64,000 nt of DNA from an uncultured Gemmatimonadales bacterium (GTDB lineage Bacteria > Gemmatimonadota > Gemmatimonadetes > Longimicrobiales > Gaopeijiaceae), in NCBI GenBank assembly GCA_963823035.1, contig CAWGKG010000011.1:32001-96000 (forward strand), given 5' to 3'. Below are positions 1 through 10,179 of this stretch, piece by piece. The notes below the pieces were generated by a model. That model had not been told where the DNA came from. It saw nothing but the letters and a program-made list of their open reading frames with translations, and did no database searches. Numbering within the stretch: the first letter of the stretch is position 1; every line of letters begins with the position of its first letter. A program made the translations under genes and the position numbers.

Positions 1-1565
1 ACCCGGTCTTCCGTCAGCGCTACCTGAACAACTTCAGCACGGAGAGCGACCTCTACGACCGGCTGTCGTCCGCCGTCGACTCGATGGGCCTCGACGTGCG
101 CAAGCGGCTCGCCGACCTCTCCGACATCGCGAACCGCTGGCACCTGGGTCACCAGGCGGCGCTCGACTCGGCCGGCGCCCGGATCGCGCTGGTGAACACG
201 TTCTACGAAGAGAACCAGCGCTACATGGAGCTGCAGCAGGCCACCATCGAGCTGGAGGAGGCGATCCAGCGCGAGGTGGATTCCGGGCGGGCCCGTATCG
301 CGATCCGCCAGGACAACGAGCGCCAGGCGACGTACGGGCTGCTCGGCCTCGCGCTCGGCGCGATCCTGCTCATGGTCCTCGTCGGATGGAACCTCCACCT
401 GCTCACGGCCGAGGCGGACGCCAGGCGGAGCGACGCCGTGCTCGCCCGACGCGAGATCGACGCGCTCCTCGAGGCCACCGCCGACGGGGTCCTGGGGCTC
501 GACCTCGACGGGCGTATCATCACGCTCAACCGTGCCGGGGCCGAGCTGCTGGGCTACGGGGAGCGTGAGTTGGCGGGGCGTGACTTCCACGACGTCCTGC
601 ACAAGGCGCGGGCCGACGGAACGGCCCGGCGGCGCGGCACGTCGCCGATCCTGAGGGCGCTCGAGGAGGGCGGCGAATCCCGCGTGTCCGCCGAGGACGT
701 CCTTCATCGTCGCGACGGCTCGCTGCTTCCGGTGCAGTGGTCGCTGCGTCCGCTCGTGGACGGCCTCGAGGTCCGGGGCGCCGTGCTGACTTTCACCGAC
801 ATGACGCAGATCCGCGGGAAGGAGAACGCGCTCATGCGGGCGGTGCGCGTGCGCGAAGAGGTGGTGTCGGTGGTGTCGCACGACCTGCGCAATCCCCTGG
901 GGGTGGTGGCGGGTGCGGCGGACCTGCTCCTCGACCTTCCCCTCGGGGAGGCGGAGCGCAAGAAGCAGGCGCTCATCATCCGGCGCTCCGCGCAGCGGAT
1001 GGGCCGCCTCATCCAGGACCTTCTCGACATCGCGAGGATCGAGGCGGGCGCCCTGGTCGTCCGCCCCGTCGTGGAGGAACCGCGTGGCCTTCTCCAGGAG
1101 ATCCACGCCACCTTCGCCTCCCAGGCGGAGGAGCGGGACGTGACGCTCGAAGTGGACATCGAGCCGGGCGTTCCGCCGGCGTTCGTGGACGCGGACCGCA
1201 TCCACCAGGCGCTGACGAACCTCGTGGCGAACGCCCTCAAGTTCACGCCGCCCGGCGGGCGCGTGACGCTGCGGGCGCGCGCCGACGAAGAGGAGGGTTG
1301 GATCGTTCTTTCCGTGTCGGACAGCGGACCCGGTATCCCCGAGGAGGTGCGCGACCGCCTCTTCGATCGCTTCTGGCAGGCCAGCCGCCACGACCGTACG
1401 GGATCCGGGCTCGGCCTCGCGATCGTGCGCGGTATCGCGGAGGCGCACGGCGGCCGGGTCGAGGTGTCCTCCAGGGCGGGCGAGGGCGCGACCTTCAGCC
1501 TGCACCTGCGCGCCGTCACCGACCGCCTGCCGGACTCCGTGGCAGGGAAGGTCGCCGGCGTATGA
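1..1565 (+). CDS. Membrane sensor histidine kinase (TM-PAS-HisKA-HATPase), 5' end truncated by the window
   Basis: Frame is open from base 3; TM segment YGLLGLALGAILLMVLVGW; PAS (LDLDGRIITLNRAGAELLGY); H-box SHDLRNPL; N-box NLVANALKF; G boxes DSGPGI and GSGLGL. Confidence 0.92.
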   Translation, partial: PVFRQRYLNNFSTESDLYDRLSSAVDSMGLDVRKRLADLSDIANRWHLGHQAALDSAGARIALVNTFYEENQRYMELQQATIELEEAIQREVDSGRARIAIRQDNERQATYGLLGLALGAILLMVLVGWNLHLLTAEADARRSDAVLARREIDALLEATADGVLGLDLDGRIITLNRAGAELLGYGERELAGRDFHDVLHKARADGTARRRGTSPILRALEEGGESRVSAEDVLHRRDGSLLPVQWSLRPLVDGLEVRGAVLTFTDMTQIRGKENALMRAVRVREEVVSVVSHDLRNPLGVVAGAADLLLDLPLGEAERKKQALIIRRSAQRMGRLIQDLLDIARIEAGALVVRPVVEEPRGLLQEIHATFASQAEERDVTLEVDIEPGVPPAFVDADRIHQALTNLVANALKFTPPGGRVTLRARADEEEGWIVLSVSDSGPGIPEEVRDRLFDRFWQASRHDRTGSGLGLAIVRGIAEAHGGRVEVSSRAGEGATFSLHLRAVTDRLPDSVAGKVAGV

Positions 1566-3172
1566 AGGGCGGCATGATGACCATGCCGCTCACGGTGCCC
1601 GCGCTCCTCGAGCGCGCCGCGTCCCTCTTCGGCGACAAGGCGGTGGTCACGGCCCCGGAGGCCGGCCCGACCGTGCGCCACTCGTGGCGTGAGGTGCGTG
1701 CGCGGGCCCGCCGACTCGAAGCGGCGCTTGCGGGGCTGGGGGCAACGTCCGGCACCCGGGTCGCCTCGCTGGCCTGGAACGGGCACCGACACGTCGAGCT
1801 CTACTTCGGCGTGCCGGCCGCGGGTGCCGTGCTGCTCACCGCGAACGTGCGCCTGGCACCCCCGCAGCTCGCGCGTATCCTGGAGCACGCCGGCGCGGAG
1901 ATCGTGTTCGCGGACCCGGAGTTCGTCGCGCTCGTGGACGCCGTGGAGCGAGAGCTCGGGCGGCCCTTGCGGCGGGTGGCGCTGGCGGACGAGGCGCCCC
2001 CCGGGTGGAAGGCGTACGAGGCCCTCCTGGCCGACGCCGAGCCCGATCGGGTGTGCGCGCGGCTCGAGGAGGACGAAGCGGCGGCGCTGTGTTACACGTC
2101 GGGAACGACCGGTGAGCCCAAGGGCGTGCTCTACTCGCACCGGGCGATCGCGCTGCACACGTTGGCGATCTGTCTCCCCGACGGCTTCGGCCTCGGCGAG
2201 CGCGACGTGATCCTTCCGGCCGTGCCGATGTTCCATGCGAATGCCTGGGGGCTCGTGCACGCGGCCGCGATGACCGGGGCGACGCTCGTGCTGCCGGGCG
2301 CGCGTCCGTCGGCGGAGCACCTGGCGCAACTCCTCTCCCGGGAGGGCGTGACCTTCGCTGCTGGCGTGCCCACCGTGTGGATGGGGGCGCTGGACGCGCT
2401 CCGCGGCTCCCGGTCCCCTCTGGCGGAGAAGCTGCGCATTCACTCCGGTGGGGCACCCACGGCGCCCGCGCTCCTGGAGGCGTATCGCACCGAACTGGGC
2501 GTCGAGGTCCTCACGGGGTGGGGGATGACCGAGCTGACGCCCGTGGGGATGGTGACGCACCCCAGGGGCGACATGGACGCGTGGGCGCCGGAGGATCTCC
2601 TTCCGGTCCGTACCAGTCAGGGGACGCCGCTCCCCTTCGTGGAGGTGCGCCTGGTGGACGAGGCCGGCGTCCCGGTCCCCCGCGACGGGGTGACCCCCGG
2701 CGAGCTCGAGGTGCGCGGGCCCTGGGTCTGCGCAGGATATTTCGGGGCCACCGGGCGGGAGGGACACCGCGACGGGTGGTTGCGCACCGGGGACGTCGCG
2801 ACGCTCGACGAGCGTGGCTACGTGCGCCTCGTGGACCGGACGAAGGACCTCATCCGCAGCGGCGGCGAGTGGATTTCGTCCGTGCAGCTGGAGCACGCCC
2901 TCATGGACCACCCCGCGGTGGCGGAGGCGGTGGTGGTCGCCGTTCCGGACGCGCGCTGGCAGGAGCGCCCGTGGGCGTGCGTCGTCCTCCGCTCCGGCAA
3001 GTCCGAACCGGCAGAGGCGTTGCTTGCGCCGCTCGGCGAGCGGTTCCCGAGCTGGTGGGTGCCCGACCGCGTGGTGTTCGTGGACGCGCTCCCGCGCACG
3101 GCGACGGGGAAGTTCGACAAGAGGACGCTACGGGAGCGGCTCCGGAAGATGAGCGTCCAAGCCGCGCCCTGA
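1562..3172 (+). CDS. Long-chain fatty acid--CoA ligase (ANL adenylate-forming family)
   Basis: ATG at 1562 overlaps the kinase stop (ATGA); YTSGTTGEPKG, GWGMTE, LRTGD, DRTKDLIRSGGE and TATGKFDK motifs. Confidence 0.9.
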   Translation: MKGGMMTMPLTVPALLERAASLFGDKAVVTAPEAGPTVRHSWREVRARARRLEAALAGLGATSGTRVASLAWNGHRHVELYFGVPAAGAVLLTANVRLAPPQLARILEHAGAEIVFADPEFVALVDAVERELGRPLRRVALADEAPPGWKAYEALLADAEPDRVCARLEEDEAAALCYTSGTTGEPKGVLYSHRAIALHTLAICLPDGFGLGERDVILPAVPMFHANAWGLVHAAAMTGATLVLPGARPSAEHLAQLLSREGVTFAAGVPTVWMGALDALRGSRSPLAEKLRIHSGGAPTAPALLEAYRTELGVEVLTGWGMTELTPVGMVTHPRGDMDAWAPEDLLPVRTSQGTPLPFVEVRLVDEAGVPVPRDGVTPGELEVRGPWVCAGYFGATGREGHRDGWLRTGDVATLDERGYVRLVDRTKDLIRSGGEWISSVQLEHALMDHPAVAEAVVVAVPDARWQERPWACVVLRSGKSEPAEALLAPLGERFPSWWVPDRVVFVDALPRTATGKFDKRTLRERLRKMSVQAAP

Positions 3173-3186
3173 GCGCCGGGACGGCC

Positions 3187-3942
3187 TCAGCCCAGGCCCG
3201 CCTTCCACGCCAGGAGCGTCTCGACCTGGTTCGTGGTGATGCGGCGGGTGCCCAGCGCGAGGACCTGCGCGGCCTGGGCGGGATCGTCCACGGTCCAGAC
3301 CGCCGTGTCGATCCCGCCCTCCGTACAGCGCGCGGCGAGCGCGGGATCGTTCGTCAGGAGGTCGTGCCGGAAGTCGAGCAGCGCGTGCGGATCACCCTGG
3401 GCGCGCCGCACCGCCTCGTCGACCTCACCCTCGTCGTCGACGACGTACCCGATCACCAGGTCGCGGTCCCGGCCCCGCAGCCGCTCCAGGATCGTCCAGT
3501 TCAGGGAGATGAAGACGACGCTGTCGCGCATCCCCGCCTCGTCCACCAGGCGTACCATGCGGTCGAGGTCCTCGAGCTCCCTGAACCCCTTCACCTCCGC
3601 GTACACGCGCCCGAGCCTCCCCTTCGAGCATGCGAGCGCCTCCGCGAACGAGGGGATCCGCTCTCCCGAGAACCCCGGCGAGAACCAGCGGCCGGCATCG
3701 AGCGTGCGGAGCTGGGCGAACGTCCGGCGGCGGACAGGGCCGACGCCGTTCGTGGTCCGGCTGAGCATCGCGTCATGGAAGACGACGGGCGTTCCACAGG
3801 CGGCCGTATGCAGGTCGAACTCGACGGCGTCCGCACCCGCTCCGATCGCCGCCTCCAGGGAGGCCAGCGTGTTTTCAGGCGCGCGGGCGCTGAACCCGCG
3901 GTGGGCGATGATCTCGACCGGGTCGGGAGAAGACCCGGGCAC
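3187..3942 (-). CDS. Glycerophosphodiester phosphodiesterase family protein
   Basis: IIAHRGFSARAPENTL, VEFDLH, FHD, AVWTVDD and ITTN motifs. Confidence 0.92.
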   Translation of the reverse strand: MPGSSPDPVEIIAHRGFSARAPENTLASLEAAIGAGADAVEFDLHTAACGTPVVFHDAMLSRTTNGVGPVRRRTFAQLRTLDAGRWFSPGFSGERIPSFAEALACSKGRLGRVYAEVKGFRELEDLDRMVRLVDEAGMRDSVVFISLNWTILERLRGRDRDLVIGYVVDDEGEVDEAVRRAQGDPHALLDFRHDLLTNDPALAARCTEGGIDTAVWTVDDPAQAAQVLALGTRRITTNQVETLLAWKAGLG

Positions 3943-3946
3943 CGGC

Positions 3947-4264
3947 CTACGCGCTCTCGTCGCCGGGGCCGACCTTCGCGGGTCCCGCGCCGCCGGCCCC
4001 GAGAGCGTTGTGGAACTCCGTGACCTCGGTCAGGCGCTTCACCGACGCCTCCATCGATTCGATTTGCTGCTCCATGAGCGCCATGCGGCGCTCCATGATG
4101 TGCACGCTCTCGTCGAGGCCCTTGTGATCGAAGAAGCGACCGAGGGCCTCCACGGTGGGCTTGAGCGCGAAACGGGCCGTGAGGCCGATCACCGGCACGA
4201 GGACGATCGAGACCCCCATGATGACGGCAACGAGCGCGGTGAGGTCGATCGGCAGGATCTGCAT
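3947..4264 (-). CDS. Small single-TM membrane protein with C-terminal coiled coil (105 aa)
   Basis: MQILPIDLTALVAVIMGVSIVLVPVIGL hydrophobic helix, then ERRMALMEQQIESMEASVKRL heptads; genome-like codon use. Confidence 0.7.
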   Translation of the reverse strand: MQILPIDLTALVAVIMGVSIVLVPVIGLTARFALKPTVEALGRFFDHKGLDESVHIMERRMALMEQQIESMEASVKRLTEVTEFHNALGAGGAGPAKVGPGDESA

Positions 4265-4377
4265 GGCCTTGGGTGGCTCCTTGGGTGTCGGACGAACCGC
4301 CGGGCCGAGGCGTCCTTGTGGGCGGCCCCCGGCGAAACCATGGTGCGTGCGAGCGAGGGATCGACGCAAGGCGGATT

Positions 4378-4407
4378 TCCAACCCCGGCGCACCCTCTCC
4401 CGTCCAA
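4378..4407 (+). promoter_or_regulatory. Candidate ECF-sigma autoregulatory promoter
   Basis: AAC at 4381-4383 and CGTC at 4401-4404 with a 17-nt spacer, just upstream of the ECF gene. Confidence 0.55.
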
Positions 4408-4457
4408 CAGTGCGAGGAAGAGGACGGGGACCCGACCCACCCGAGACCAGTCGCGCT

Positions 4458-4988
4458 TTGGTGCCTGCATCCGCGGAAGTGACGGACGTGCGGAGGGCGG
4501 CGGACGGCGACCACGCGGCCTTCGAGCGGTTGTACCGCGGGCACGTGGGGCGCATCCACGCCCTGGCTCGACGTATGGTCGGCGACGACGTGGCGGAGGA
4601 TTTGACGCAGGAGGTCTTCATTCGCGCCTGGAGGAAGCTGGCATCGTTCCGGGGAGACGCGCGCTTCGGCACCTGGCTCCACCGGTTGGCGGTGAACCTG
4701 CTGCTGACGCGGAGGGAGACGTTGCGCAAGCGGGAGGCGAGGGCCGTGCCGACCGAGGGGATGCTGGACCGGCTCGTGGCGCCGCGGGAGCGGAGCCCGG
4801 GCGCGGCGCTGGACCTGGAGAAGGCGCTGAGGAAGCTGCCGGACGGAGCGCGTCAGATCTTCGTCCTCTACGACGTGGAGGGGTACGGGCACGAGGAGAT
4901 CGCGGAGCAGATGGGGATCTCGGTGGGGACGTCCAAGTCCCAGCTGCACCGGGCTCGCATGCTGCTGCGCGGCCACTTGAACGGATGA
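4458..4988 (+). CDS. ECF RNA polymerase sigma factor (start uncertain: 4410, 4458, 4461 or 4479)
   Basis: GDHAAFERLY, AEDLTQEVFIRAWRKL and FGTWLHRLAVN (region 2); EGYGHEEIAEQMGISVGTSKSQLHRAR (region 4 HTH). Confidence 0.93.
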   Translation: MVPASAEVTDVRRAADGDHAAFERLYRGHVGRIHALARRMVGDDVAEDLTQEVFIRAWRKLASFRGDARFGTWLHRLAVNLLLTRRETLRKREARAVPTEGMLDRLVAPRERSPGAALDLEKALRKLPDGARQIFVLYDVEGYGHEEIAEQMGISVGTSKSQLHRARMLLRGHLNG

Positions 4989-5720
4989 TGAGCGAAACAC
5001 ACTCGAGCTGGGCTGACCGGCTCTCGGAATACATGGACGGTGGCCTCGCCGAGGCCGAGCGGATCGCGTTGGAAGCGCACCTCGCGGAGTGCCCGACGGT
5101 GTCGCGCGGTCCTGGAGGACCTGCGGGCTCTGGTGGCGAGCGCGCACGCCCTCGGGGACGTGCCGCCGGAACGCGACCTCTGGCCCGGCATCGCCGAAGT
5201 CATCGGAGCGGCCGGGCTCCGGCGGGCTCGCGCGGGCGTGATCGAGCTTCCCACGGCGGCGCGCGCGCGCCCGAAGCCCACCGGGCTCTTCCTGACGGTG
5301 CCGCAGCTGGCGGCGGCCTCCGTGGTCCTCGCGCTGGTGTCCGCCGCCGCGACCTGGTGGGCGGGGCCCGGTCTCGCGACCGCCCCGGACGCGGGGAGGA
5401 ACGCGGACGCGGCCGCGATGCAGGTCGAGGCACTGGCTGTCTTCCCGGCCGGCGAGATGGAGGGTCCGTCCCCGGCGCTCGCGGCGGAGCTTCGTCGGCT
5501 GGAGGCGACGTTGGGTGCGGTGCGTGGTCAGCTGGAGCCGAACACGGTCCGCATCCTGGAGAAGAACCTGGGCGTGATCGAGCGCGCGATCGACGAGTCG
5601 CGCCGGGCGTTGGCGCTGGACCCGAACAACGGCTTCCTGCGCGAGCACCTCGAACGGACGTACCGGGAGAAGGTCGACTACCTCCGTGAAGCCGCGGGCA
5701 TCGCGGACTGGACGGGGTGA
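4985..5720 (+). CDS. Zinc-binding (ZAS/zf-HC2) transmembrane anti-sigma factor, apparent +1 frameshift at ~5099
   Basis: RLSEYMDG...LEAHLAECPT; removing one G at 5098-5099 restores HxxxCxxC (HLAECPTC) and joins the 5040..5720 frame with TM helix QLAAASVVLALVSAAATWW; overlaps the sigma stop. Confidence 0.85.
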
Positions 5721-5722
5721 GC

Positions 5723-6605
5723 ATGCACGCCCTGTGGCTCGTCGGATGGCTTGCGGCCGGGGCTACCGGCGTGGTGTCTCCGGCGCCCGGGCTCCGCCGC
5801 GGCGGCCGATACCGCGCTGGAGCTGCGGCGCGGGGACCGGGTCGTGGTGGAGCGTCTCAACGGTGAGCTCTCCGTCGAGGCGTGGAGTCGGTCGACGCTG
5901 TCGATCGGGGGCGGCCTCGACGAGGTGCGTGGCGTGGGCGCGACCCGCTCCGGGAGCGTGGTGACCGTGCGTCCGGAGGACCGTAAGGCGCGCGGGCACG
6001 ACGTGGACCTGGTCCTGCGCCTGCCTGCGTGGGTGACGCTGGAGATCTCGGGCCGGTCGCTCGACGTGCGCGTGGCCGGGGTCGAGGGTGGGGTGACCGT
6101 GCGCAACGTCTCGGGCGACGTCCGCCTCGACCGCGTAGCCGGAGCGGTGTCCGTCCAGACGGTGGAAGGAGAGATCGGCGTATACGGTGCGCGCGGACCC
6201 GTCACCGCCCATTCGCGTGGAGACGACGTCACGCTGTCGGACGTCACCGGCGACGTGGACGCGGCCACCGGCGACGGGGATCTCCGCCTCGAGGACATCC
6301 GTGCGTCTACGCTGCGTGCCGAGACGCTGGACGGCGACGTCTTCTTCAGCGGTACGCTCGCCCGCGACGGCAGCTACCAGATCTCCGTGCACGACGGCGA
6401 CGCCACGCTGGTCCTGCCCGAGGATTCGAACGCGAGCGTGACCGTGTCGACGTTCGACGGCGAGCTCACCTCCGACTTCCCCGTGACGCTGCGGCGCTAC
6501 GAAGGACAGGGGGTGTTCGATTTCAAGCTGGGGAACGGAAGCGCTCGGGTGGACGTGAAGGTCTTCGACGGCGAGATCCGCTTCAGGCGCCAGGGCGGCT
6601 CCTGA
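5723..6605 (+). CDS. Secreted DUF4097 (beta-strand repeat) protein, apparent +1 frameshift at ~5760-5795
   Basis: Signal-like MHALWLVGWLAAG in one frame; repeats NVSGDV, TVEGEI, TGDGDL, TLDGDV and TFDGEL in the next frame. Confidence 0.78.
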
Positions 6606-6672
6606 TCCCGGACCGTACGTACGTCGAGACGAGGAAATCCGGGCCCCGCGAGGGGCCGAGCGAGGAGGAACG

Positions 6673-7728
6673 ATGAGGAAGCGCTGGATGGTGTCCCGAA
6701 CGGCGGGGATCTTCACGGTGGCGGTCGCCTGCGCGGCGACGGGCCTGGGTGCCCAGGAGACGTACCGGATTTCGGGCTCCGAGGTGACCGTGTACAACCT
6801 CGCCGGGCACGCGGAGATCGTGCGTGGCTCCGGATCGGACGTGGTCGTGAAGGTGACCCGCGGCGGTGCGGACGCCTCCCGTCTCGAGGTCGAAACGGGC
6901 GAGGTTCGCGGTCGGGAGACGCTGCGCATCGTCTATCCGGACGACCAGATCGTCTATCCCGACATGGGTCGCGGCTCGCGCACGTCCGTGAACGTGCGCG
7001 ACGACGGGACGTTCTGGGACGGCTCGCGTGGCGACCGCGTCGAGGTCCGCGGCTCGGGGCGGGGGCTCGAGGCGTGGGCGGACCTGGTGGTCGAGGTGCC
7101 GGAAGGGAAGGACTTCGCGCTCTACGTCGCGGTCGGTGAAGCGGAGGCGCGGGGGCTCAGCGGGGAGATCAAGGTGCACACCGGCAGCGGCTCCGTGGAA
7201 GCCACGGACGTCTCCGGGTCGCTGAGCCTGGACACGGGCTCGGGCTCGGCTCGGGCGTCGAACGTGCGCGGCGACCTGAGCATCGACACCGGGTCGGGAT
7301 CGGTCACCGTGCGGGGCGTGTCCGGCGGGAGCGTGAGCCTCGACACGGGCTCCGGCGGCGTGCGCGGAGGTGGCATCGAAGCGACTTCCCTGCGGGTGGA
7401 CACCGGTTCGGGGTCCATCGACCTCGACGAGGTATCGTGCACGGACGTGGTCCTCGACACGGGGAGCGGCGGCGTGGACCTCGTGCTCCTCACGGACGTC
7501 GAGCGCCTGGACGTGGACACGGGATCGGGCTCCGTGACGATCCGTGCGCCGGCGAACCTGGGGGGTGAGGTGGATATCGAGACGGGGAGCGGCGGGATCG
7601 ACCTCGACTTCGCGGTGGAGGTGCGTCGGGTGCGACGCGACCACGTTACCGGTACACTCGGGGACGGCCGGGGCCGGATCCGCATCGACACGGGATCCGG
7701 GACGGTGCGCCTGCTGAAGAACCAGTAG
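6673..7728 (+). CDS. Secreted DUF4097 protein with nine (D/H/E)TGSG repeats
   Basis: RBS GAGGAGG; signal peptide ending LGAQ; TGSG repeats mostly ~19-21 aa apart. Confidence 0.88.
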   Translation: MRKRWMVSRTAGIFTVAVACAATGLGAQETYRISGSEVTVYNLAGHAEIVRGSGSDVVVKVTRGGADASRLEVETGEVRGRETLRIVYPDDQIVYPDMGRGSRTSVNVRDDGTFWDGSRGDRVEVRGSGRGLEAWADLVVEVPEGKDFALYVAVGEAEARGLSGEIKVHTGSGSVEATDVSGSLSLDTGSGSARASNVRGDLSIDTGSGSVTVRGVSGGSVSLDTGSGGVRGGGIEATSLRVDTGSGSIDLDEVSCTDVVLDTGSGGVDLVLLTDVERLDVDTGSGSVTIRAPANLGGEVDIETGSGGIDLDFAVEVRRVRRDHVTGTLGDGRGRIRIDTGSGTVRLLKNQ

Positions 7729-7731
7729 CGG

Positions 7732-9852
7732 TCAGCCGCGTCCGCGACGGGTCCATGGGCGGGGGGTCTTCCTCCGCTCCTTGAGGACCTCCACCCAGAA
7801 GTCGCTTCCCCCCGTCGGGAGGCGGTTCACCCCGCACGCGCCCAGGATGCGCTGCATGCCACGCCGGACGATCGCGAGGCCGATCCCGGTGCCGGGGTGG
7901 TCTCCGCCTTCGGCGAGGCGCTCGAAGACCCGGAAGATCCGCTCCTCCTGGCCTTCGGGGATGCCGATGCCGTTGTCCTCGACGTGGATGCGGATCCGGT
8001 CTTCGAAGTCCTCGGTGTGCATGCGCACCTCCGGGGTTCGATCGTCCGGCACGAACTTCAGCGCGTTCGACAGGAGGTTGGCAAGCACCTGCACGAGCGC
8101 GGTCTGGCTGCCCAGAACCGTCGGCAGGCGCTTGGGGACGTGCACGGCGGCGCCCTTGGCGCGGATGTCGGCGTCGACCTGCTGGAGGGCGTGGTCCACC
8201 ACGGTGCCGAGGTCCACCGGCCTGAGCTCCATCTTCTCGAAGCTCAGGCGGCTGTACGCGAGCAGGTCCACGATCAACCGCTCGGCCTGCCGTCCCGAGT
8301 GGATGATCCGGCGCGTGTAGTCCCGTGCCTCCTCCGACAGCGATTCCCCGTGGTTCTGGAGCATCGCGTGGGCGAAGCCCTGCATCGTGCGCAGGGGGGC
8401 GCGCAGGTCGTGCGAGACGGAATACGCGAAGGACTCGAGCTCCTGATTGGCCTGCTGGAACTGCTGCGCGAGTCGCCGGTAGCGCGACTCGCTGTCACGA
8501 AGGGCTTCTTCGGCCTCCAGGCGCTCGAGGAACTGCGCCAGGATCGTGGCCAGGCTGGCACCGAGGCGCAGCCAACGCTCCTCCTCCTGCCTCGGCTCGG
8601 TATCCACGGCGGTGAGCGCACCGGAGACGGCGCCGGAGGTGGCGAGCGGGAAGGAGGCCCATACATGGGGATCGAGCGCGAGCAGCGCCTTGTGGATGGA
8701 CTCGCGACGGTTGGCCACGTCGTGGACGACCACCGGCCGCCCCGTCTGGACCGCCGAACCGGTCGGGGTCTGGTGCACGGCCACCTCGAGGGGTGCGCCG
8801 TCGCCGAAGTCCGCGCCGTGCGCGGCGGCGATCACGAGGCGGTCCCGGGCGTGATCGAGGCGCTCCAGGAGCACGACGGGCACGTCCATCGCGCGCGCCA
8901 CGGCCTCGAGGATCGGGGCGGCGGCCTCCTCGAGCGAATCGCTCGCCAGCGTCAGCTCGGCCACGCGGTAGAGCGCCGCGAGCTCCTCGTTGCGCTGCGC
9001 CAGCGCGCTGCGCGCCCGGTGCTCCAGCGTCCTGTCCACCAGGAAGCCGTCCGCCCGCACCTGCCCGCTGTCGGGGTCGCGGGCCACGGAGACGCTCGAG
9101 CGCAGGTGGACGAGCGCTCCGTCCGCGCGCTGGACTTCGTAGTCGCGCTGGAGGCTGTCCCCGTCGGGCCGCGCGGCCAGAGCCTCCCAGTCGGCCTCCC
9201 GGTCCTCGATACGGAGGAGGAGCGGGGGCCAGAGGTGCGGATCGGCGAGCAGCTGCTCGGGCGCGTAGCCGAGCACCGCGCGGCTCGCCGGTGATACCTG
9301 GATCAGGCGGCGCCCGGTCACGTCCACCGAGAAGAAGACGTCGCGCAGGTTGGAGAACAGCTGTTCCAGCTCTCGCGTCTTCGCGTCCAGCTTCTCGCGG
9401 GTGGCACGGCGCTCCGCCCGATCGCGCACACGCTGTTCGGCGATCTCCAGGCGAACGTCGAGAAGGCGCGGTTGCACCGGCTTGCGAACGAAGTCGTCCG
9501 CACCGGCAGCCAGGACGTGGCGCACGGCGTCGGGGTCCTCGCGCCCCGTGACGATGACGATGACGGGGTCGGTCCCCCGCGGATGGCGACGGATCTTCCG
9601 ACAGAGCGCGACCCCGTCCATCCCGGGAAGCATCAGGTCGAGGAGCACGAGCGGACACGGGTCCTCTTCGAAGGCCGCCCACGCGGCCTCTCCGCTGGCG
9701 CACGACGTCACCCGGTAGCCCCGCGAGCGGAGGATCTCCGAGAAGAACCAGCGCTCGCCCGCGTCGTCCTCGACGACCAGGACACGCATCCCGTCGGCGG
9801 GGAGGCCGGGCGTCGTGTCGTCGGTCGGTCGGAGGTACGGCGGGTCGTTCAC
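7732..9852 (-). CDS. Cytoplasmic hybrid kinase REC-PAS-GAF-HisKA-HATPase (alternative start 9789)
   Basis: VLVVEDD...LVLLDLMLPGMDG receiver; PAS-like and GAF-like middle; SHDLRAPL, NLLSNALKF, DNGIGI and GTGIGL. Confidence 0.9.
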   Translation of the reverse strand: MNDPPYLRPTDDTTPGLPADGMRVLVVEDDAGERWFFSEILRSRGYRVTSCASGEAAWAAFEEDPCPLVLLDLMLPGMDGVALCRKIRRHPRGTDPVIVIVTGREDPDAVRHVLAAGADDFVRKPVQPRLLDVRLEIAEQRVRDRAERRATREKLDAKTRELEQLFSNLRDVFFSVDVTGRRLIQVSPASRAVLGYAPEQLLADPHLWPPLLLRIEDREADWEALAARPDGDSLQRDYEVQRADGALVHLRSSVSVARDPDSGQVRADGFLVDRTLEHRARSALAQRNEELAALYRVAELTLASDSLEEAAAPILEAVARAMDVPVVLLERLDHARDRLVIAAAHGADFGDGAPLEVAVHQTPTGSAVQTGRPVVVHDVANRRESIHKALLALDPHVWASFPLATSGAVSGALTAVDTEPRQEEERWLRLGASLATILAQFLERLEAEEALRDSESRYRRLAQQFQQANQELESFAYSVSHDLRAPLRTMQGFAHAMLQNHGESLSEEARDYTRRIIHSGRQAERLIVDLLAYSRLSFEKMELRPVDLGTVVDHALQQVDADIRAKGAAVHVPKRLPTVLGSQTALVQVLANLLSNALKFVPDDRTPEVRMHTEDFEDRIRIHVEDNGIGIPEGQEERIFRVFERLAEGGDHPGTGIGLAIVRRGMQRILGACGVNRLPTGGSDFWVEVLKERRKTPRPWTRRGRG

Positions 9853-10179
9853 GGCCAGGCGGTCGGTCAGGTGGTCACCATTCGTCGAGGTTGGGCTGCC
9901 AGCGTCAGACGCGGTCGTACGTCCGGCCAGTGGGTCGTGTCCTCGTCGAACGCGGTCCTGGGGAGCCGCAAGGGAGAGCCCGGTTGGATCGGGACGCGAA
10001 GAGGGGGGTCGAGCGCGGGCTCATCGAGGCTCCAGGGAGCGTGGGCGTTCCGATCACCGCCTTCAACCTAAGGCGGGCGTTGCGGGCGCCACCAGCCGTT
10101 CGCCACGGGGGTGTCTCGCCGACGCGTACGATGCCAGAATGTCCGTGCCCGTCGTCGCTGTCCCCGTGGAGGTACCTCC

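Noticed and set aside
9853..10179. Possible riboswitch in the intergenic region (GGGACGCGAAG, CCGCAAGG)
   Set aside because: Only fragmentary similarity to c-di-GMP-I; I could not build the paired architecture by eye. An Rfam scan would settle it
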